The notes below the pieces were generated by a model that was not told the DNA's origin, did not search any database, and worked only from the letters and a program-made list of their open reading frames with translations. A stretch of 64,000 nt of DNA from an uncultured Methanomicrobiales archaeon (lineage in GTDB: Archaea > Halobacteriota > Methanomicrobia > Methanomicrobiales > Methanospirillaceae): the NCBI GenBank assembly GCA_903832665.1, contig CAILCG010000010.1, positions 9,061 to 73,060 on the forward strand, written 5' to 3'. Both the position numbers and the translations under genes were made by a program. This document shows, in pieces, positions 19,212-28,631 of the stretch; positions within the stretch are counted from its first letter, which is position 1, and each line of letters opens with the position of its first letter.

Positions 19212-20290
19212 ACTGCCACTTCCACGACAGCGTCCCTGAGCTGGGGTTGGGTGACATTTGCAGGATTGTAATTGTAATCAAAAGGTTGTGACAGGGTATT
19301 ATTTAAAAATGAACTTTTTACGAGGTTCGGAGGGAGCGCATTGTCCTGCATATCAAACGTCAGGTTGATATAAACCTTTGAATAGCCGGCCTGCATTATA
19401 TCAAAAACACGGGGATTTAAGATCAAGGATATATTATTTTTAACATTAACCGGGGGTTTCGTAGCAGTACTACTGCCATCGATATATGGGGTATCGAACG
19501 TTCTTACCATGGATAATGTCCCTCCCTCTTGTTTGTAAACATTGATACTGGTCAGGTTGACAATGACCGGTCCGGGCGTAAGCGGTGACCGGAATACCGT
19601 TGAATTAAGATCGGTTATATTGATGATGATCTGTTCCCTCGCCGGATCAATGCTGTATGCGGTATTCTCCCCCTCCTCTTGCAATTTGGTACTGTTGATG
19701 AGAATCGAAAATTCATGGTGGGAGACATTAAAATCTCCGGGAAGGGCAGTATTGTTGAACTTATGCGCACGGATATACGACGAGCCGATCGACGCATTGC
19801 TGACACCTTTGATCTTGACCAGACGGCGGATATAGCCATATCCGTCGGGGAGACTATCCCCCTTCGATTGGTTATAACTGGATCCCATCTCTGTGACTGA
19901 AATATTGAAATGATAGGGATAATCCCCGAAAATTGCCCGTGTCTGGTAGTCATCGGGATAAATAAACGATGAGCAGAAGAACCGGTTAACTTTATCTTGA
20001 GAGAGAATCCCTGGTGTATTTTTTATGATGGCTAAACCAAACCGTGATATTTCATACTTTTGGCCATCTGTGTAGAATTCCCAGGGGGGTGACGCCGGCC
20101 ATCCCGGATCTTCCACCAGTATCACCCCGGTCCGGTAAGCGACAGCGTCATAATCAATATGGCTTGACTGGAGGCCTATCATAATACCCGAGACCATCGC
20201 AGCTACCCAGATAAATGCAAGCATGAATATGGTAAAGCCGATAAGAAAATCTATGGAGAGGTTCCCACTCTCATCGATGAGATTATTCAA
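19205..20290 (-). CDS. type IV pilin-like protein (largest member)
   Basis: N-terminus MNNLIDESGNLSIDFLIGFTIFMLAFIWVAAMV; 361 aa with many N-x-S/T sequons. Confidence 0.5.
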   Translation of the reverse strand: MNNLIDESGNLSIDFLIGFTIFMLAFIWVAAMVSGIMIGLQSSHIDYDAVAYRTGVILVEDPGWPASPPWEFYTDGQKYEISRFGLAIIKNTPGILSQDKVNRFFCSSFIYPDDYQTRAIFGDYPYHFNISVTEMGSSYNQSKGDSLPDGYGYIRRLVKIKGVSNASIGSSYIRAHKFNNTALPGDFNVSHHEFSILINSTKLQEEGENTAYSIDPAREQIIINITDLNSTVFRSPLTPGPVIVNLTSINVYKQEGGTLSMVRTFDTPYIDGSSTATKPPVNVKNNISLILNPRVFDIMQAGYSKVYINLTFDMQDNALPPNLVKSSFLNNTLSQPFDYNYNPANVTQPQLRDAVVEVAVW

Positions 20291-20885
20291 TCGCCACTCC
20301 TGTAGCTGCGTTAAATCTCATAATCTGTGAGCTGCTCCCGTCATTTACGGTCAATGTGTAGGTCCCGTTTATCAGTTCAATATCCCGTTGAATCTGCTGC
20401 GGGTCCCTTGATGTGCCAAGAATTTGAATATCAATTTGTTTGAATATTACATCTGGAGAAACCACTTGATTTAAATCGATCTCCCCGGAAGAAATGGTCG
20501 CATTCCAGGGGATGATCGTCCAGCCCGAATGATCGTATACCCTCAGTTCATTAACATCGCCTTTGTTAATCCCGAAAACCCATCGTTGGGCATTTCCCGA
20601 TTCGTCTACATTGCCACCCTGGATAAACAGAATCCTTGGGGATTTCAGAAAAGGGTTTAATGACAGCGACTCACTGTCTTTCAGGTTTCCTTTAGCCTCA
20701 TCAAAACTGACCAAAGCCGGCGCGGGGGTGAGATCTGCGGGCACAAGCCCTACATCAATTGTCGGCGAGGCATTAACCGGAATCACCGGAGGCGTCTGGT
20801 TCTGAGGGGTGAAGGGGGAGACGCATGCACTGCACAACGTGAAGACGAGTGCTATCGTGAAGATTGACGGAAGGTACCTTTGCAT
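20283..20885 (-). CDS. putative lipoprotein/secreted protein, first gene of the pilin-like cassette
   Basis: N-terminus MQRYLPSIFTIALVFTLCSAC (lipobox-like Cys); 200 aa. Confidence 0.45.
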   Translation of the reverse strand: MQRYLPSIFTIALVFTLCSACVSPFTPQNQTPPVIPVNASPTIDVGLVPADLTPAPALVSFDEAKGNLKDSESLSLNPFLKSPRILFIQGGNVDESGNAQRWVFGINKGDVNELRVYDHSGWTIIPWNATISSGEIDLNQVVSPDVIFKQIDIQILGTSRDPQQIQRDIELINGTYTLTVNDGSSSQIMRFNAATGVAIE

Positions 20886-21177
20886 AACCTTTGTCCTTAA
20901 TGGTTTATTGAGAGGAGAACAGATATAAATCTTGGTAAATTCGGTTTCCTGCTGTGATGGATTAGATTTACATTAGGAGTAATTTTGTGGGTTTCCGGGA
21001 TTGAGGGACAGTACTGAGAATGCGTCAAAAATTGAAAGAAAAATTCAATTTTAGATGGAAAAACATTTTTTTTAATACAAAGCCGATAATCCATTACATT
21101 GACTTTAATTTTTGATCTCTGAACGATAACTACGATGCATACTGAAAAAAACCCGGAAAATGTTAAAAAAATCAATT

Positions 21178-22051
21178 TTACGGCACAATCTTCGTTATCG
21201 GTATCTCCAGAATATCCTCAGCCCCGCATGCCTTAAGCTGGGGGATAAGCTTGTTCACCATATTCTTCTGCACCACCGTCTGGATACTGTAATAGTCAAT
21301 CCCGTGAAGCTGGCTGACGGTCGGTTTCTTCATTGCAGGAAGAGCAGAGACGAGCTTCTCCATGGATGCAGAAGGAACGTTCATCGTCAGGAGCACCTTG
21401 TTCCTTGCCTCGATCACCCCAAAGAGCAGGGTCCGGATCTCCTCGATCTCCCGGCGCTTCACCGGGTCTGCCCAGCTCGCCTTATTGGCACAGATCACCG
21501 TGTGCGACTCCATGATCTGCCCGATGATCTTCAGCCCGTTCTTGCGCAGCGTGGTACCGGTCTCGGTCAGATCCACCACCACATCCATGAGATCCAGCAC
21601 TTTCGCCTCAGAGGCACCGAATGAATGAAACATCTGGATGGGGATCTTCAGGTCCTCGAAAAACTTCTTTGTCATCTCCCGGGTATTCTGTCGTTACCCG
21701 GCTGTTCGGGCGGATCTGGGAGACATTCTCGATCAGCTCATCGCGGTGCACCGCAATAACGATCTTCACATTGCCTTCCCCCGTCTTGCTGTACGAGAGG
21801 TTCGCCACCTCAACAACATCCGAGTTGGTCTCCTTTACCCAGTCGAGACCCGAGATACCGATATCAAAATACCCCTTCTCCACGTACGTGGGAATCTCCT
21901 GCGGGCGCAGGATCTTGATCTTGCCGATCCGCTCATCCGCAATGCGGGGATTGTAATCGCGATCCGTGCGCTTAACCTCAAGATCTGCTTCCTTGAAGAG
22001 CTGGAGTGTCTGCGCCTCGAGACTGCCTTTGGGGAGTGCGATGGTAATCAT
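21178..22051 (-). pseudogene. hisG: ATP phosphoribosyltransferase, long form, with an apparent 1-nt frameshift
   Basis: The upstream ORF (MITIALPKGSLEAQT...RVTTEYPG) and the downstream ORF (MTKKFFEDLKIPIQMFHSFGASEAKV...DLTETGTTLRKNGL) together form one HisG. The frames switch at CCCGGG 21678-21683. Confidence 0.8.
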
Positions 22052-22113
22052 ACCGTATACTGTTCGCGGTAAAAAGAATAAAAGAGGTTTGATATGGGTT
22101 TGTCCCGTGGGAT

Positions 22114-23379
22114 TTACTCAAACGTGTGAATCACAAGCCCGCTGAGGAGCTTGGGTTCGAACCATGTGGACTTGGGAGACATGACCCCGCCGGCATCTGC
22201 GATGGACAGGACGGTCTCTATCTTAACCGGCTGCATCGCAAACGCGAGCCGGTATTCCCCGTTATCGACAAGCCGCTCAAGATCGGCAACCGGCCGGGCA
22301 CCCCCGAGATACTGGAGCCGTGCGTCGCCACGGGGATCGGTAATTCCCAGCATGCCCTCCAGGACCCACTGCTGGAGCACGGCAACATCAAGTGCCTCCA
22401 GGGGCGCCGCATTCTTTTCGAGCAGGCGTGTGCACTCGTACCACTGGCCACCGAGATACATATGCACGATATGGTACCGCTCCGGTTTCTTGCACTTCGG
22501 TTTTATGTTGTACCCGCGCCCGTCCACCCTGCCGTACGGCTCGACATCAAAATATTTCTTCAGGGCATCGAGGAACGTATCCTGAGTGTAGGTGCCGAGA
22601 TCCGTGAGCAGCCGGCTGTAACCATGGATCTTCACCTTGTCATGGGCAAACATGACTCCCATGAACCGGAAGCTCTCCTCATCGCAGGGGACGTGTGCCG
22701 CGATCCTGCGGTCCGCCACATTCACCGCCGCCTTTGCCCGGTGATGCCCGTCCGCGATATAGAGAGCGGGAAGATGTGCGAAGTGCTGCTCGAACCGGGC
22801 GAGAATCTGTGGGTCGGTGATCCGGAATATCTGGTGAATGCCCCCGTCATCAGTGCGCACCTCTGCATCGGGAACTGCTCCGGTTGAGACCTGCGCATTG
22901 ATGAGCGAATAGATATCCCCGCTGTTCCGGAACAGGAGCACAACCGGCCCGTTGTGTGCCTTTACTGCCTCAATGTGTCGGGTCCGGTCCTCTTCCTTGT
23001 CGTACCGGGTCTGTTCGTGCCGTCGGATATGATTCTGCCGGTAATCGTCCACGTCAAGACAACAGCAGAGGCCAAGGAACGTGTCCTCATCCTGCTTCAC
23101 CCGGTAGGCGTACATGCCGGGTTCGGGATCCTTCCGGATCTTTCCCGAAGTCTTGAGTGCCTCGAAGTTCTCCTTCGCCCGTTCGTATACCTTATCATCG
23201 TGGGGATCGATCCCGGGCAGTTCTGCATCCGGCCTGCTCACGCGCAGGAAACTCTCGGGTTTCTTCTCAATGATTCTTCGGGCTTCATCGGCTGTTACGA
23301 CATCATAGGGAACGGCAGCGATAGCCTGGGCACATTCACGGGTGGGGCGCACCCCGGAAAAACGATAGATCTTTACCAT
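22114..23379 (-). CDS. DUF1015-family protein
   Basis: 421 aa with N-terminal FSGVRP...AVPYDVV and a central LYIADGHHR motif, characteristic of DUF1015. Confidence 0.7.
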   Translation of the reverse strand: MVKIYRFSGVRPTRECAQAIAAVPYDVVTADEARRIIEKKPESFLRVSRPDAELPGIDPHDDKVYERAKENFEALKTSGKIRKDPEPGMYAYRVKQDEDTFLGLCCCLDVDDYRQNHIRRHEQTRYDKEEDRTRHIEAVKAHNGPVVLLFRNSGDIYSLINAQVSTGAVPDAEVRTDDGGIHQIFRITDPQILARFEQHFAHLPALYIADGHHRAKAAVNVADRRIAAHVPCDEESFRFMGVMFAHDKVKIHGYSRLLTDLGTYTQDTFLDALKKYFDVEPYGRVDGRGYNIKPKCKKPERYHIVHMYLGGQWYECTRLLEKNAAPLEALDVAVLQQWVLEGMLGITDPRGDARLQYLGGARPVADLERLVDNGEYRLAFAMQPVKIETVLSIADAGGVMSPKSTWFEPKLLSGLVIHTFE

Positions 23380-23538
23380 ACCAACACCAGCACCGGACAG
23401 GGAGACACAGTTGCTCTAAAAGTTGGGTGTGATCCCTTATATTTCCGCACACCCAAATAACCCGGTTCAGGATACATGCTTTTGACCTGTGGACACACAG
23501 CAGTACTGGAAATATTTCCCGATAAAAAGGACCCCGAT

Positions 23539-24024
23539 ATGATCCGACCCCATGATCTTGTGACCTATCCGCTGCCCCAGATACGGCGGACAATGCCCTC
23601 CGATCTCGCGGCGATTGTCGCTATCGAAAGGGACTCTTTCATCGACCCGTGGGAAATGCCGGTCTTTCTGGAAGCACTCACCTATTATCCCACCACCTAT
23701 TTTGTTGCCGTGTGCGACGGGCAGGTGGCCGGCTTTGTCGTGGGGGCGCTCGAGGATAACGGGGAGAACATTTACGGACATATCTGCAACATCGGGGTGA
23801 GCCCGGTGTACCGGAAACGGGGGATTGGCAAGTTGCTTGTACGAAGGGTCGAGCACCAGTTCGCCCTCGAGCTTGCGACCGCAGTACAGCTCGAGGTCCG
23901 GGTTTCCAACGAGAGTGCACAGCGGTTCTACAAACGACTCGGATACCGTCACGTATTCGGGATTGACCAGTACTATGCAAACGGCGAAGATGCCTTTGTC
24001 ATGATGAAATGGTTCCGTTTCTGA
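23539..24024 (+). CDS. GNAT N-acetyltransferase, RimI-like
   Basis: Contains IVAIERDSFIDPW...HICNIGVSPVYRKRGIGKLLV...RFYKRLGY. Start chosen at ATG 23539 and is uncertain. Confidence 0.65.
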   Translation: MIRPHDLVTYPLPQIRRTMPSDLAAIVAIERDSFIDPWEMPVFLEALTYYPTTYFVAVCDGQVAGFVVGALEDNGENIYGHICNIGVSPVYRKRGIGKLLVRRVEHQFALELATAVQLEVRVSNESAQRFYKRLGYRHVFGIDQYYANGEDAFVMMKWFRF

Positions 24025-24314
24025 TACACTTTCTCTTGTACGCTTACGCACTCCCGGGCACCGTGCAGATTATTTTGCTTGCTCGGCTCTTGAAAAAATA
24101 CCCGGAGGCCTATTTCCCGGGATAAGAAACCGGATTAAAAACACAATGGTTTTTTCCTTGAGGGGAAAAAACTGTGAGGTTACTATGAACCCGCGGGTGT
24201 TGTTTGAACAGGAATACCGATAGCCCGGATACGGATCGCACTGGTGAAGGAGACCCGGGACTGGTATCTCCGACACCTGTTAACCCGCAACAGGAGCCCG
24301 CACTCGATGCTGAT

Positions 24315-25805
24315 ATGCAGAGCCGGTTGAAAGATCCCCTTCCCCCCCTGGGCGAGTACGGGCTGAAACGGGGGATAAAACCCTGGATGGCGAATCTCAT
24401 TGCCATCGGCGGCATCATCGGCTCTGCGTATTTTATCGGTTCCGGTTACCTCGTTTCCCAGCTCGGGCCCAGTGTCATTTTGCTCTACGCAATCGGCGGC
24501 CTCATCATCTATACCGTGATGCAGTCGTTTGCCGAGCTGCTGGTCAATGTTCCGCGCCAGGGAAACTTCATCAGTTATTCTGCCGAGTTCATCTCTCCGA
24601 CATGGGCCGTTGGTACGGGCTGGAGTTACTGGTTCAACTGGTGTGCGTACATTCCGTCCGAAGCAGTAGCCGGGGGCATCATCATGCACGTTTTTGTGCC
24701 CGCCGTGCCGGTGGTCCTCTGGGCAGTTGTTTTCCTGATCGTGATCACCCTCCTGAACCTGATCCACGTGGGCGGATTTGGCTGGATCGAAAGCTCTCTT
24801 GCCATCGTGAAGATCGGTCATAATGTCGTATTCTGCGTGATCGCGGCCCTCATCGTATTCGGGGTCATCGGCACCGCCGGTTTCATCGGGACCAGCATCG
24901 CCTTCCCGCCAAACTCTGACCTGTACTCGGATATCTTTCCGGCCGGAGCATTTGTCCTCATCACCAACCTGGCCATCATTCTGGTAAATTTCCAGGGATC
25001 GGAAATTGTCGGCCTCGCGGCCGCTGAGACCCAGAACCCGGAAAAGACGGTTCCCAAGGCCTGCCGGCAGGTGGTTCACCGGATTGTCCGCGTGGACATC
25101 ATCCCCATCATCCTGCTGATCCTGATCATACCGTTTGCCGAGGCCGGCATCAGCGATAGTGTATTTTCCATGGCGCTGGAGAAATACGGGTTTGCGGAAA
25201 TTGGCGCAGTCCTGTCGTTCATTGTCCTGACTGCGGCATTCTCCTGTGCCAACAGCGGGTTCTATGGGGCAGTCCGGGCCATGTACGGGTTATCCCTTGA
25301 GGGAATGGCACCAAAGATCTTCTCGCGCCTGAACCGGAACTCTGTCCCGATGATGGGGACGCTCATCACGCTCGCGGTCTGCTGGCTGGTCCTCTCCCTG
25401 TGGTGGTTTACCAACGGGGAGGGAGAACTGTACTTGTGGCTGCTCTCGGTATCCGCATTCACCGGAGCAATCTGCTGGATCTCGATCTGCTGGGCGCAGG
25501 TCGTGTTCCGGAAACGAATCTACGAACGCGGGTATACCGATGCAGATATTATTGCGCCCGCACCGCTCTCGCCATGGCTGCCCGTGCTGATCGGCGTGGT
25601 GCTGGAGATCATCGCACTCATAGTACTGGCATTCAACCCGGATCTTTCCGGGTCCCTGTACCTGTCCGTACCGGTGGTCTTCATGCCCATGATCATCTAC
25701 TGGATCGGACGAAAGACCGGAAAGATCCGTGGCATCAAGTACCGGAATCCCGAGGAGAAATCATTCGAGGAACTCTTCCCGGACAAGCGAACCCCGGGCC
25801 AATAA
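24315..25805 (+). CDS. amino acid permease (APC superfamily)
   Basis: About 12 TM helices, with LKRGIKPWMANLIAIGGIIGSAYFIGSG near the N-terminus. The track start is TTG at 24204, so the first ATG at 24315 is preferred. Confidence 0.75.
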   Translation: MQSRLKDPLPPLGEYGLKRGIKPWMANLIAIGGIIGSAYFIGSGYLVSQLGPSVILLYAIGGLIIYTVMQSFAELLVNVPRQGNFISYSAEFISPTWAVGTGWSYWFNWCAYIPSEAVAGGIIMHVFVPAVPVVLWAVVFLIVITLLNLIHVGGFGWIESSLAIVKIGHNVVFCVIAALIVFGVIGTAGFIGTSIAFPPNSDLYSDIFPAGAFVLITNLAIILVNFQGSEIVGLAAAETQNPEKTVPKACRQVVHRIVRVDIIPIILLILIIPFAEAGISDSVFSMALEKYGFAEIGAVLSFIVLTAAFSCANSGFYGAVRAMYGLSLEGMAPKIFSRLNRNSVPMMGTLITLAVCWLVLSLWWFTNGEGELYLWLLSVSAFTGAICWISICWAQVVFRKRIYERGYTDADIIAPAPLSPWLPVLIGVVLEIIALIVLAFNPDLSGSLYLSVPVVFMPMIIYWIGRKTGKIRGIKYRNPEEKSFEELFPDKRTPGQ

Positions 25806-25893
25806 CTTTTTTTTAGTGTCGCACCCCGAATTTGGTGGGAAAAATATCGGTAAAATAAAAAATGTGCGACAAAAATTAAAAACTTAAAAAAAA

Positions 25894-27171
25894 TTACCCG
25901 CGTCCGAGCTTCTGGTGAGCCCGGGCAAGGTGCTGTGACGCCAACGCACCGAGAAGGGAGAGTTCCCCGGCAAGTACCCCGGCTGCAATGATCTCGGCGA
26001 GTTTCCTGGCATGGGTGCCCGGCGGATCCCCGCTGCCGGCAACCCCGAGAATCCTGAGGCACTCCTGTTGTGTCTCGACACTGGTCCCGCCGCCCACGGT
26101 CCCGACCGGGAGGGAGGGGAGCGTAACGGCAACATAGATGCCGGTATCCGTAAGATCAACAGTCGTGATGCAGGTGCTGCCATCGATGGCATGGGCCGCA
26201 TCCTGCCCGCAGGCAATGAACATCGCAGCGACAACATTGGCGGCGTGGGCATTGAACCCCATCGCACCGGCCCGGGCAGACCCCACGAAGTTCTTGCGGT
26301 AATTCACTTCATGGATGGTCTTTGCATCGGTCTTCAGGACCTGTGCGATCAGCTCATGGGAGAGTGCAACACCGGCAACGGTGCTCCTGCCCCGTCCCAT
26401 GATCGCGTTGATTGCAGCAGGTTTCTTGTCGGTGCACATGTTGCCCGAGAGAGCAATGAGCCGTGCCCCGGTACCCTCCGCCACCAGGTCTGCCACTTTC
26501 GCGCTTGCAATGGTGACCATGTTCATGCCCATCGCGTCCTTGGTGTCGAACTCCAGCCGGACAAAGACACTCGTTCCTGCAACGAACGTGACGATATCGG
26601 TCAGTTTCCCGTGCGAAGTGGTCGCCTCTGCTGCGGCGCGGAGTTCCTCGCGGTGGGCGGCAACCCAGTCGCACACTTCTGCTGCATGCACCACACTTTC
26701 CGTAGCAAAGAGCGGTGCCCGGGTCATGCCGTCATGGAGTACGCGCACCTCAGCCCCACCGGCCCTGGTGATCGCGCTGCACCCGCGGTTCACCGATGCC
26801 AGAAGCGCTCCTTCTGTTGTTGCAAGCGGGAGCCAGAAATCACCCTGCGCGTACCCGCCTTTTATTGCGATCGGACCGGCCACGCCGAGTGGTACCTGTA
26901 TCGTACCGATCATGTTTTCGCAGTTGCGTTTGACCACGCGCTCGACATCGATGGAGAAGATCCCGATATTCTCCATCTGTGATCCCGTCTCCTGCTCGAT
27001 ATACTCCCTTCGCACCCGGATTGCATCGATGGGCGCAAGTTCCTTTTCCAGTTCGTAGAGCTTGAGTTCCCCGCTCTTCAGTCTGGCCTGAATGATATCG
27101 TCCCGTTTATTGTTATGACCCGATCCGGTACCGTTCCCGGTGCCTGATTGGTGCCCGCCATCATCAGTCAT
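25894..27171 (-). CDS. hmgA: HMG-CoA reductase (class I, archaeal)
   Basis: 425 aa from MTDDGG...IQARLKSGELKLYELEKEL. Also has ENMIGTIQVPLGVAGP, DAMGMNM and GTVGGGT motifs. The first 112 codons of the track ORF were rejected. Confidence 0.85.
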   Translation of the reverse strand: MTDDGGHQSGTGNGTGSGHNNKRDDIIQARLKSGELKLYELEKELAPIDAIRVRREYIEQETGSQMENIGIFSIDVERVVKRNCENMIGTIQVPLGVAGPIAIKGGYAQGDFWLPLATTEGALLASVNRGCSAITRAGGAEVRVLHDGMTRAPLFATESVVHAAEVCDWVAAHREELRAAAEATTSHGKLTDIVTFVAGTSVFVRLEFDTKDAMGMNMVTIASAKVADLVAEGTGARLIALSGNMCTDKKPAAINAIMGRGRSTVAGVALSHELIAQVLKTDAKTIHEVNYRKNFVGSARAGAMGFNAHAANVVAAMFIACGQDAAHAIDGSTCITTVDLTDTGIYVAVTLPSLPVGTVGGGTSVETQQECLRILGVAGSGDPPGTHARKLAEIIAAGVLAGELSLLGALASQHLARAHQKLGRG

Positions 27172-27196
27172 GAATAATGGTAGCACGTATAAATTA

Positions 27197-28126
27197 ATGA
27201 TACACGTGGTTGCAGTCACGGTCGGACAATGGGGCATCAGGGTACCTGCACGCGAGGGTGAGATCACGCGGCGGGCACTTATTGACGAGGGGGCACTCGA
27301 TCTCTCACTGAAGGTTGGGCGTGACGGGGACTGGCTCCTCCTCCCGCTCCTTGACTGGCGCGAGGGTGCTGAGCAGTGCCAGTTCGAGCAGAGCCCCGGG
27401 CGGGTCGTGCTGCCCCGGCACGAGCTGGTGGGGGGTATCGCCATCATGCAGGAGTGCGACCTGGCGGGTGCGCAGCTGATCCTTGCATCGCGCCCCTCGC
27501 TCCACACGATCGTCTATGCAATCGGCGAGGTCTCGGGTGAGTACCGCACCCGGGAGTTCGAGGTGCTTGCCGGCGCTCCCACAACCCGGACCGAAGTGAT
27601 CGAGTACGGGCACCGCTTCCATGTGGACCTTGCAGCCGCGTACTTCTCGGCCCGGCTCTCTTCCGAGCGGCAATGCATTCTCCGGCAGACCGGCCGGAAC
27701 GAGGCCGTGCTCGATATGTTTGCCGGTGTCGGACCGTTTGCGATCACGCTCGCTGCGCGAGCCTCGTTCGTTGTCGCGTGCGATCTCAACCCGCGGGCCG
27801 TGGAACTGATGCTGGAAAATATTGCGCAGAGCCGGATACAGAACATGCTTCCGGTGCTCGCCGATGCGCGGAGACTTGCCGGGATCTTCCCCTGGCAGTT
27901 CGACCGGGTCGTGATGAATCTCCCGTTGTCGGGTACGGAATTTTTACCCGAAGCGTTCCGGCTCTGCAAGACCGGCGGGATGATTCACTTCTATTCGCTG
28001 GTCGCTGCTGAGGGGGAGCACCGCGAGTGCATCCGCGAGTTGGGCGGGGAAGTGCTTGCAGAGCGGGTGGTGCGGTCGTACTCACCCGGGCAGTGGCATG
28101 CGGTGTATGATATTGTGGTGAAGTGA
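27197..28126 (+). CDS. trm5: tRNA (guanine37-N1)-methyltransferase, Trm5/Met-10+ family
   Basis: Contains WGIRVPAREGE...VLDMFAGVGPFAITLA...VMNLP. The start codon is uncertain (ATG 27197 or GTG 27206). Confidence 0.65.
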   Translation: MIHVVAVTVGQWGIRVPAREGEITRRALIDEGALDLSLKVGRDGDWLLLPLLDWREGAEQCQFEQSPGRVVLPRHELVGGIAIMQECDLAGAQLILASRPSLHTIVYAIGEVSGEYRTREFEVLAGAPTTRTEVIEYGHRFHVDLAAAYFSARLSSERQCILRQTGRNEAVLDMFAGVGPFAITLAARASFVVACDLNPRAVELMLENIAQSRIQNMLPVLADARRLAGIFPWQFDRVVMNLPLSGTEFLPEAFRLCKTGGMIHFYSLVAAEGEHRECIRELGGEVLAERVVRSYSPGQWHAVYDIVVK

Positions 28127-28300
28127 TTGGATACCCGAAAAAAATCTCTCTTTTTTCAGTTTCTCCACGCCCGGAACTCCAAAGGAGTGCAGGGAATACT
28201 GATCCCCTTAATGATCTGGTGCACCGGAACTCTTCGCGTGATGCAAAGCTGTGTGCATTTTTCACAAAGGGACTATTTTCCATCAGTGCGTGAGTGTGTG

Positions 28301-28520
28301 AATTTTTTTTCAACCAGAGTCTGCTTGAAAAACAAAAATCAAAGTCTGGTTGAAAATTTTCGGCCAAGATCCGATTTGAAAAAAATAAGCATAGTCTGGC
28401 TAAAAAAATAAAATCAAAGTCTGATTAATATTTTTCAGGCAAGGTCCGGTTGAGCCGGAAATGATTTTCAAAGGCGATTGCGTACTCGATTGAAAACTTT
28501 TGAGCAGAGTCTGATGGATC
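28301..28520. repeat. degenerate tandem array of ~27-30-nt palindromic units (TTTTCAA-N-AGTCTG-N-TTGAAAA)
   Basis: AGTCTG occurs 5 times, with variants GGTCCG and GATCCG. TTGAAAA/TTTTCAA occur 6 times within 220 nt, between the convergent ends of trm5 and the PGF fragment. Confidence 0.6.
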
Positions 28521-28631
28521 TGGATGAGCGGCCGGGTGTTCTGATTGGGTCAGCGGCTGGAGGGGTTTCACGTCGGATGTGCTGAAATTTTTTCTCCATT
28601 TTTGGTTAAACGACTAGAAACGGATCGCAAT

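Noticed and set aside
20897-21175. A 92-aa ORF between the pilin-like cassette and hisG.
   Set aside because: This is an AT-rich promoter-type spacer containing A/T palindromes (AAAATTGAAAGAAAAATTCAATTTT). The predicted peptide is Phe/Ile/Lys-rich, as expected from AT-rich non-coding DNA.
25894-27507. The N-terminal 112 codons of the hmgA track ORF, and the GTG 27140 start of the trm5 ORF, which would make the two genes overlap by more than 300 nt.
   Set aside because: The extension is Ser/Arg/Pro-rich and has no homology pattern. The archaeal HmgA N-terminus (MTDD...ARLKSGELKLYELE) begins at 27171.
28301-28520. A possible degenerate CRISPR array, because the units begin with TTTCAA and end with ATTGAAA, like many archaeal CRISPR repeats.
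   Set aside because: The units are contiguous with no unique spacers, are only ~27-30 nt long and highly degenerate. No cas genes or leader are nearby.
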